DNA of 64,000 bases from contig JAKPMO010000015.1 of assembly GCA_029548865.1 (NCBI GenBank), forward strand, positions 80,445-144,444, in the 5' to 3' direction. Below are positions 58,236 to 64,000 of this stretch, in pieces. The position numbers and the translations under genes were made by a program. This DNA is from Caldisericota bacterium. GTDB lineage: Bacteria > Caldisericota > Caldisericia > JAAYUI01. The first letter of the stretch is position 1. Each line of letters opens with the position of its first letter. The notes under the pieces are model-generated. The model did no database searches. It was not told the DNA's origin and saw only the letters and a program-made list of their open reading frames with translations.

Positions 58236-59351
58236 TTGGAGGAGACAGTGTCCAAAAAAAGCTACAAACCAGTGCAGCAAGCAGAAGAAGCCGTCAAATC
58301 AGCAGAGACAAAGCCAGCAAGAGCAACCGCAAATCACGGCCACAGTCAGCAGGTTAAAAACCCGTTCAAGATCATTGCATACACATTCATGTCCACGACC
58401 TTGGTTCTCCTGATCATCCTGACTGCAACGCTCTTTTCGTGTTCTTCTGGCGGGGCCTCATCCTCTGATTCAAGCATTGCATCGGTGCTTGGTAAGTCTT
58501 ATGTAACACTGGGCAGAAAAGAAGTTGCTGCAAACCCAGATGACAAGAGCCAGGAAATCACTTTTTGGACATGGCAGGACAGAAACAATGCCTGGGGATA
58601 TTGCACTGTTATGGACGTCCCGAATTACCCATCAATCCTCCTCATAGTGGATGCAAACTTCAAGATTGAAAAATTGCAGGAAATGTCAGAGTTCCCGATA
58701 GCCGGCGCAGACAAGAGGGCTGAGTACAGGGACATCCTTGGCAGATACGAAGGAAGAACACTCGTTGATTTTACCTCCCTAGAGCTCAATGTTGCCGAGG
58801 GTGATACGAGGATTTTCAGGGAGATGCTCAGGGACCAGGTTGCAAGGTCACTGATGACAATGTATGTGAAGATCAACGGGGACGAGCAATTCAACACCCT
58901 GTTTCCACAGGGCATCAAGTTTGCCAAGGTTGGCACGAAGCTCAACGCCTGGTCAGTTTCTGATGCAGATGGTAAGGAAATTTCCAGCAATTATTATGCT
59001 GGAAGGAAGTATGCAATATTTACAACCACTTCGTGCGGCTCATGCATAAACACCTGCATTGGTCTTGCACAGAGACTTATTACCGAAGGCAGCATGTCTC
59101 CTGATCAGATTTCAATCGTTTTCACATCGGCAAAAGACAAGGTTGACTACCTGAAGAACCAGATGAAGGGCGAGCATCTTGTGTATGATGAAAACATGAG
59201 GGGATTTGCAAAATCCCTGAACCTTTTTGAAGGTCCTTCGATGATGCTTGTCAACTCAGAAGGTATTGTTATTGCCAAGGAACCGAGCCAGAGGCTCTCT
59301 GACCAGGTCAATGTTGACAAGGTTCTCCAGATATTCTTCAAAGAAAAATAG
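58236..59351 (+). CDS. Membrane-anchored hypothetical protein with possible thioredoxin-like CxxC motif
   Basis: N-terminal TM helix. The C-terminal region KYAIFTTTSCGSCINTC resembles a redoxin WCxxC site. Confidence 0.45.
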   Translation: MEETVSKKSYKPVQQAEEAVKSAETKPARATANHGHSQQVKNPFKIIAYTFMSTTLVLLIILTATLFSCSSGGASSSDSSIASVLGKSYVTLGRKEVAANPDDKSQEITFWTWQDRNNAWGYCTVMDVPNYPSILLIVDANFKIEKLQEMSEFPIAGADKRAEYRDILGRYEGRTLVDFTSLELNVAEGDTRIFREMLRDQVARSLMTMYVKINGDEQFNTLFPQGIKFAKVGTKLNAWSVSDADGKEISSNYYAGRKYAIFTTTSCGSCINTCIGLAQRLITEGSMSPDQISIVFTSAKDKVDYLKNQMKGEHLVYDENMRGFAKSLNLFEGPSMMLVNSEGIVIAKEPSQRLSDQVNVDKVLQIFFKEK

Positions 59352-59375
59352 ATCGTAACAGAACTGGATTATAAA

Positions 59376-59403
59376 AGCCCACCCAGAAGGGTGGGCTTTT
59401 TGT
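59376..59403 (+). terminator. Rho-independent terminator
   Basis: AGCCCACCC-agaa-GGGTGGGCT followed by T-run. Confidence 0.65.
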
Positions 59404-59589
59404 TTGTGGGGGTGTTTATATCTTTAAAGACGTACAGAATGCCCTTATTTTTGATTTCTAGTTTTTGGTCGAGAAATTGTGAGTGTAAGACACCAAAATC
59501 AAAAAATTGGCCCTCCAGATGGCACATAATGATAATCTGAAGGACTGGGTATCAAGAAAATTGTCATATTATGGCTGTTTGTTGTAAGA

Positions 59590-59633
59590 AATAAAAAAGA
59601 CCCTGTTCATTTTTGAACAGGGTCTTTTTTATT
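59590..59633. terminator. Bidirectional terminator (serves the minus-strand ECF operon)
   Basis: AAGACCCTGTTCA-ttttt-TGAACAGGGTCTT flanked by A6 and T6. Confidence 0.6.
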
Positions 59634-59671
59634 ACAAACACAATCTTGGATTGTTTCGGGCAATTTTTTGG

Positions 59672-60679
59672 TCAGCTCTGTGCGCCTGGTCTCTTGCGGC
59701 TGGCCTTCACTATGAAATAGACGAGAAGGGTAATAATTCCGAATGGAATCAAAACTGCAATGATCATCAGGAGCCACAGTATTGCTTTCTGGAATGCTAC
59801 CCATATTTTTCCCAGGCCATCCACAAAACCTGAAGGACTATCGGTTGAAATGAGTCCATCTTTTGGCGAGATATCAACGGTTATTCTTGAGTATGAGGTC
59901 ATTCCTTCGAGGTATTGCATCTGACCCTTTATGCTCTCAATTTCCTGTTCCACATCGGCAATTCTGTCGTGAATCGATAGCAGATCGCCTATCTTGTCAG
60001 CTTTTGTGAGCATTGTAAGCAGGGCTTCCCTTTTCCTTGTCCTGCTGTCCAATCTTGATTTCATGTCAATGTATTCTCCAGTCACGTCTTCGGATGATGT
60101 TGTGACTGAGGCCTTGTCACCGAGTTTCAGCACTTCCTGCATTGCGTTGTCAAACTTCTGGGATGGCACCCGTATGGTTATGTTGAAATATTGTGAAGTT
60201 TTCTCCCCGGAAGATTGCATGCTGAGCACATCCCCACCGAACTTGGTGGCTATGCTGATGATGGCATTCGCAGCTTCCTGCGGTTTATCGGCCTTGAGGG
60301 ACACATTGCCATCTTTTTTCATCATCTGTTTGATGCCAATGGGTTTTGCTGTGTTGCCGGGTATCGATGCGGTTGGCACTGGTGAAGGAGCGCTTCCGGC
60401 GTATTCTGCCGTGGCGGCCATGTCGGTGGCCTTCTGTTCCATTGCTCCTCTGCCTATGCCCTGGGTGGATGATGCCGGCAATATTGCTTTTGTTTTTGCT
60501 GTGTTTTTTGAAAGGGCACCATCCGACTCATACCAATGTTCCCCTGCATCGTCGACAACATAAGCACCATTGTTTGCACCTTCATCCCTCTTGTTTTCTG
60601 GAGCTACAAGAGCAACACATGTGAGAACAACAAGCAATGCCGCAACTGAAGCAATTACAATAAATACCTTGTTTTTCAT
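59672..60679 (-). CDS. DUF4349-like protein (signal-anchor, coiled-coil, C-terminal TM)
   Basis: N-terminal hydrophobic anchor. Central coiled coil (DRIADVEQEIESIKGQMQYLEG). C-terminal TM helix and basic tail. This architecture is commonly found downstream of anti-sigma factors. Confidence 0.5.
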   Translation of the reverse strand: MKNKVFIVIASVAALLVVLTCVALVAPENKRDEGANNGAYVVDDAGEHWYESDGALSKNTAKTKAILPASSTQGIGRGAMEQKATDMAATAEYAGSAPSPVPTASIPGNTAKPIGIKQMMKKDGNVSLKADKPQEAANAIISIATKFGGDVLSMQSSGEKTSQYFNITIRVPSQKFDNAMQEVLKLGDKASVTTSSEDVTGEYIDMKSRLDSRTRKREALLTMLTKADKIGDLLSIHDRIADVEQEIESIKGQMQYLEGMTSYSRITVDISPKDGLISTDSPSGFVDGLGKIWVAFQKAILWLLMIIAVLIPFGIITLLVYFIVKASRKRPGAQS

Positions 60680-60725
60680 GATTTTCTCCCAAAAAGTTGA
60701 ATTTTTTGTTTCTACAAAATGTTTT

Positions 60726-61379
60726 TTAATTACTGAGACTTATCAGCACTCTTGTTCTGCCATCTGGGGGTGTGTCCTGGAGTTTTGCAATCTGGTAGAG
60801 TGCCCTTCCTTGTGAAGCTGTGACTATGGCGTTGAAAATTGGGATGATGTTTTCACCATTTATAATCAATGCCAGGGACGGGAGACCATTGTCGGTAAAC
60901 TCGGTTGGCGAATATGAAACAAGCTGAGATTTGAGGGAGAGGATCATGGCGTAAGGGTCCTGATATTTTATCCTGATGATTGTGAACCCCTCCTGGTATT
61001 GCTGTGCAGTGTCGCATGGTCCATCATTTCCGTAAGATGCCATCACTGCTGTTCCTGCTGCCTCGTCCTGGACAGGTGCCGGTGGTGGTGCGCTCTTTGC
61101 GGCAAAACCGCGATTATCAAATGTTGGTATATTTTGGGCTATCTCTAGGTTGTTTTGGGGTTGTCCTCCAAAAGGAATAGAGAAGGCAATTGCCAGCGTG
61201 GCCACGGCCGCCATGCCTATCCCGATTCCCAGTGTCCAGAAGAGTTTTGTTCTACCAGGTTGATGGAGTCTGACTTTTTGCATGACGTCAAAAGCGAACA
61301 CTGGGGGTGGTTCCTGGTGGAGTCCCCTTAAAAGTCCGGTTAGCTCTCTGTCGTCAATCTTTTTCATTTCATCCTCCAT
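60726..61379 (-). CDS. Putative anti-sigma factor (single-pass membrane protein)
   Basis: Cytoplasmic N-terminus, a TM helix (LFWTLGIGIGMAAVATLAIAF), and a periplasmic domain. Located immediately downstream of the ECF sigma gene. Confidence 0.45.
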   Translation of the reverse strand: MEDEMKKIDDRELTGLLRGLHQEPPPVFAFDVMQKVRLHQPGRTKLFWTLGIGIGMAAVATLAIAFSIPFGGQPQNNLEIAQNIPTFDNRGFAAKSAPPPAPVQDEAAGTAVMASYGNDGPCDTAQQYQEGFTIIRIKYQDPYAMILSLKSQLVSYSPTEFTDNGLPSLALIINGENIIPIFNAIVTASQGRALYQIAKLQDTPPDGRTRVLISLSN

Positions 61380-61391
61380 ACAAATCTGCGG

Positions 61392-61949
61392 TCATAATGT
61401 TCCATCAAGGGACTCCTTGAGGGCCGATCTTGCCCTGGACAGTCTTGATCTGACAGTTCCAGTTGGAATGCCAAGTATCGATGCGGCCTCTTCGTAGGAC
61501 ACCCCTTCGATGTCGCAAAGCGTTATGATTGCCCTGAAGTCCGGTTTCAAGTTGTTTAGAGCTTTTGAGACGTCCTCTTTGGTGAATTTTTGTATCACTT
61601 CTTCTTCAGGTGTCGGTGAATCGTCTGGCACCTGGAAAGGAACGTCTTCCTGCAAATCTTCTATCTGTATGGTTTCGCGTTTTTTTCTGATGTAGTTGAG
61701 TCCAGTTGTGTATGTGACCCTTCCAAGCCATGATTTAAAGGGATATTCCGGCTTGTATTTGGAAATCTGGGTGAGCACCCTCAAAAAAACCTCGGAAGAG
61801 AGATCGTAAGCGGAATCCCTGTTTCCCCTGACCAGCCTCAGCGAAAAACTGTATACAAAACCCTGATACTCATCAATAATTTCGGAGAAGGGTTCCCTGT
61901 CTCCCTTTCTGATGCACTCGGCTATTTCCAAAACCCGCTCGGGACTCAC
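61392..61949 (-). CDS. ECF-type RNA polymerase sigma factor (sigma-70 family, group 4)
   Basis: Region 2 (FLRVLTQISKYKPEYPFKSWL) and region 4 HTH (SYEEAASILGIPTGTVRSRLSRAR). Confidence 0.8.
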   Translation of the reverse strand: MSPERVLEIAECIRKGDREPFSEIIDEYQGFVYSFSLRLVRGNRDSAYDLSSEVFLRVLTQISKYKPEYPFKSWLGRVTYTTGLNYIRKKRETIQIEDLQEDVPFQVPDDSPTPEEEVIQKFTKEDVSKALNNLKPDFRAIITLCDIEGVSYEEAASILGIPTGTVRSRLSRARSALKESLDGTL

Positions 61950-62045
61950 GCAAGAGATTATATTAAATGGTTAACAAAGGGCAAGCAAAAATCAGAGAGG
62001 CTTTTTCAAATTGATTTTGGCCTGGCAGACAATACAATATCTGTC

Positions 62046-62900
62046 ATGGAAGATAACATAGAAAATAAAGAAGAGATTACCTCGGATGAACTGTGGAGAA
62101 TGGCCAATCTTGACCAGAAAGCAAGGCTTCTGGTGCAGATGGACAAATCAGTAAAACCGATCTGGATTGCTTCATTTTTTCTGGTTGCCCTTGCGATCCT
62201 TCTCTATTTTGTTGTTCCCTCCCCGGACCCTGCCATTTCAGCACTCTCTATCAATAAAAGCACTGTCGCATGCAAGTCTGATAGCAAAGCTTTTTTGATA
62301 AGGGACGGCAAGCCCATTGGAAATTTTGAGGTAGAACCGCAAACCAACATTATTGCAATTGGTGATACCAGAGTGTGTCTTGGAACGAGGACCACAGGCA
62401 AACTTACCGAGTACTCTTTTGATGGAAAAATAATAAAAAAACACCAGATTGATGAAAACGTTTTCAATATTGTCTATGAAGGGGATGAACTCTGGGTAGT
62501 AACTGCCTCTTCACTTACAAAAATTTCGGACGGCAAAAAAATCATTGCTCCTGAATATAGTGTGGCCCAGAATGTGTCTTTCTCACCGTTCCCTTCCATT
62601 ACCGATATAGATGGAATCTGGATTTATGTTGATGGGGAATGGCTGTCTTTCAAATCAAAGGATCCGATTGTCTGTGCTTTTGCTGGCGAAACTGAAATTT
62701 CACTCGTTGGAGAGGATGGCCAGGTACAAGTGTTTTCTTTTGAAGACCGCAAGATTTTGAAAAAAGAATTTGTGTCCTGGGTCAAGAGACCAGTTGTTAT
62801 GTGGGATGGTGCCATTTTTTGTGCAGATGGCGGTGAACTGGTTTCTGGTCAAATAACCGACAAGGTACCAGTTAGGCTGAAAATTTGGGAGGAGAAATGA
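62046..62900 (+). CDS. Membrane-anchored hypothetical protein
   Basis: TM helix (IWIASFFLVALAILLYFVV), then a beta-rich domain. Divergent from the ECF operon. Confidence 0.45.
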   Translation: MEDNIENKEEITSDELWRMANLDQKARLLVQMDKSVKPIWIASFFLVALAILLYFVVPSPDPAISALSINKSTVACKSDSKAFLIRDGKPIGNFEVEPQTNIIAIGDTRVCLGTRTTGKLTEYSFDGKIIKKHQIDENVFNIVYEGDELWVVTASSLTKISDGKKIIAPEYSVAQNVSFSPFPSITDIDGIWIYVDGEWLSFKSKDPIVCAFAGETEISLVGEDGQVQVFSFEDRKILKKEFVSWVKRPVVMWDGAIFCADGGELVSGQITDKVPVRLKIWEEK

Positions 62901-64000
62901 GAAGGCAAACTCTAACGCTGGTTTTTCTTTTTATTTTTTTTGCCTGTTGCGGGTGTTCGGTACCAGGTGTGCAAAAGATCTGGGGATCGGTCAGGAGAGC
63001 GCAGGTTGCCCCGGTCTCTTTTGGCAAGACAATGTTTGTTGACCAGGAAATATTCGGGTTAGTCGGGGCTGATGGAACACCAGTCTGGACTTCTACAATC
63101 AAAGGTGCAAAGAGGGTTTTTTGCAGGGCAATAGGCGATTACCTGTTTGCGTTCGGAGACTCGAGGATAATAGAAAAAGTCAGCATTGACGGAAAATCAG
63201 CCTGGAGGTTTGAGGCGCCACAGGGGAGCGGCGTCTGGCTTTTGTCTTCGAGCAAAAAAGTATGTGTCCTGGCCTATGACAGTGATACGGACTATGATCT
63301 GAACCCGATCCAGCTCATCGGGCTCTCGGCAGCTGACGGACAGGAGTCCTGGAGACTTGATGACAGGGATTACCAGGCATGCCTCATGGTTCCGGACTCG
63401 AATTTTTTTACAGATATTTTTGTGGCCCCGTTCTCAAGGGGCGAGACTGTATGGTTTGATGGCATCAACTCTGCCGATGGCAATCAGGTCTGGAGGACTT
63501 CGTGGGGTATTCCAAGACCGGGCCATCCGCTTGTCCTTGCACAGGATGAAACAAAATTTTGGGCATGGAAGGCAGAAGGGGAAGGTGTGAGGGTGGCTGT
63601 TTTTTCAAGAACTGACGGCCATGAGATTGGCTCCTCTGCCGGCCCTTCAGGATTCCTTGCTGACACCTCTTTTGTTGGAGAGAACGTTTTTATTGGTTTC
63701 AAAGATGGGAAATACAAAATCAATGCCCTTGGGAAATATGAAAAATTTGGCATGGAATATTTCCCGATTTGCCAGGTGCCAGACTATAAAAACCTCGCTG
63801 TATGCATCTCTGATGATTGCAGTTCCTTTGTTGTGATGAATATTGAAAACGGGAAGATCTTTAACGGTTTCAAGATAAATGCCTGCTACAGCGCAGTTCC
63901 AGGATACTCTTTTGGTGAATTCTACCTTGTGCCGGAGGTCTCTCCGTATGACCACCAAACTTTCAGATGTCAGTTCATTGGGGACAGGGAAATCGCAGCA
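62897..64000 (+). CDS. PQQ-like beta-propeller lipoprotein, C-terminally truncated by window end
   Basis: Not in the ORF track because there is no stop. ATG at 62897 (ATGA overlap) with RBS GGGAGGAG. MRRQTLTLVFLFIFFACCGCS lipobox. Open frame to 64000. Confidence 0.55.
   Translation, partial: MRRQTLTLVFLFIFFACCGCSVPGVQKIWGSVRRAQVAPVSFGKTMFVDQEIFGLVGADGTPVWTSTIKGAKRVFCRAIGDYLFAFGDSRIIEKVSIDGKSAWRFEAPQGSGVWLLSSSKKVCVLAYDSDTDYDLNPIQLIGLSAADGQESWRLDDRDYQACLMVPDSNFFTDIFVAPFSRGETVWFDGINSADGNQVWRTSWGIPRPGHPLVLAQDETKFWAWKAEGEGVRVAVFSRTDGHEIGSSAGPSGFLADTSFVGENVFIGFKDGKYKINALGKYEKFGMEYFPICQVPDYKNLAVCISDDCSSFVVMNIENGKIFNGFKINACYSAVPGYSFGEFYLVPEVSPYDHQTFRCQFIGDREIAA

Noticed and set aside
1-64000. CRISPR arrays, transposases, integrases, toxin-antitoxin pairs
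   Set aside because: I looked for regular repeat-spacer periodicity and for DDE, tyrosine-recombinase or serine-recombinase motifs in all listed ORFs. None was found.

Overview
A 64-kb, gene-dense stretch of what looks like the replication-origin-proximal region of an anaerobic, probably uncultivated bacterium. Housekeeping markers mnmG(gidA), parA-parB, tmRNA, hisS and dnaA all lie within about 30 kb. dnaA has no dnaN next to it. Main blocks: three tandem paralogous lipoproteins; tRNA-Ser(UGA); mnmG; a complete group-3b-type [NiFe] hydrogenase operon in the sulfhydrogenase order beta-gamma-delta-alpha, plus an endopeptidase, a CheY-like regulator and a GAF histidine kinase; a minus-strand operon recO - SAM-methyltransferase - cyclophilin - TPR::Lon-protease-domain fusion; several PQQ-like beta-propeller/PEGA lipoproteins; a carboxyltransferase; parAB; tmRNA (tag ATNNYALAA); a lone histidine/aromatic ammonia-lyase; hisS; an HRDC protein; dnaA. 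The most striking content is two paralogous giant genes (3007 and about 3078 codons). They encode secreted, Cys/Trp/Tyr-rich proteins with EF-hand-like Ca loops, C-terminal Ig-like repeats and a copper-amine-oxidase-N-type anchoring domain. Each has a conserved leader (shared RBS context and an AACGCCGCAA 10-mer), and the second is preceded by a small Fis-like HTH protein whose promoter carries a perfect operator-like palindrome. Between the giants sit an OYE reductase, an ABC exporter, an SPFH protein and a lipoprotein. Downstream are an LD-transpeptidase, an aminotransferase, a thioredoxin-like protein and an ECF sigma / anti-sigma / DUF4349 module. A GTGAAACA motif recurs as a perfect 20-bp palindrome ahead of the hydrogenase operon and as four tandem doublets upstream of the ammonia-lyase. 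DnaA-box-like TGTGGATTA 9-mers sit at the dnaA start and stop and in an AT-rich gap between convergent genes. No CRISPR, transposase or integrase was seen.
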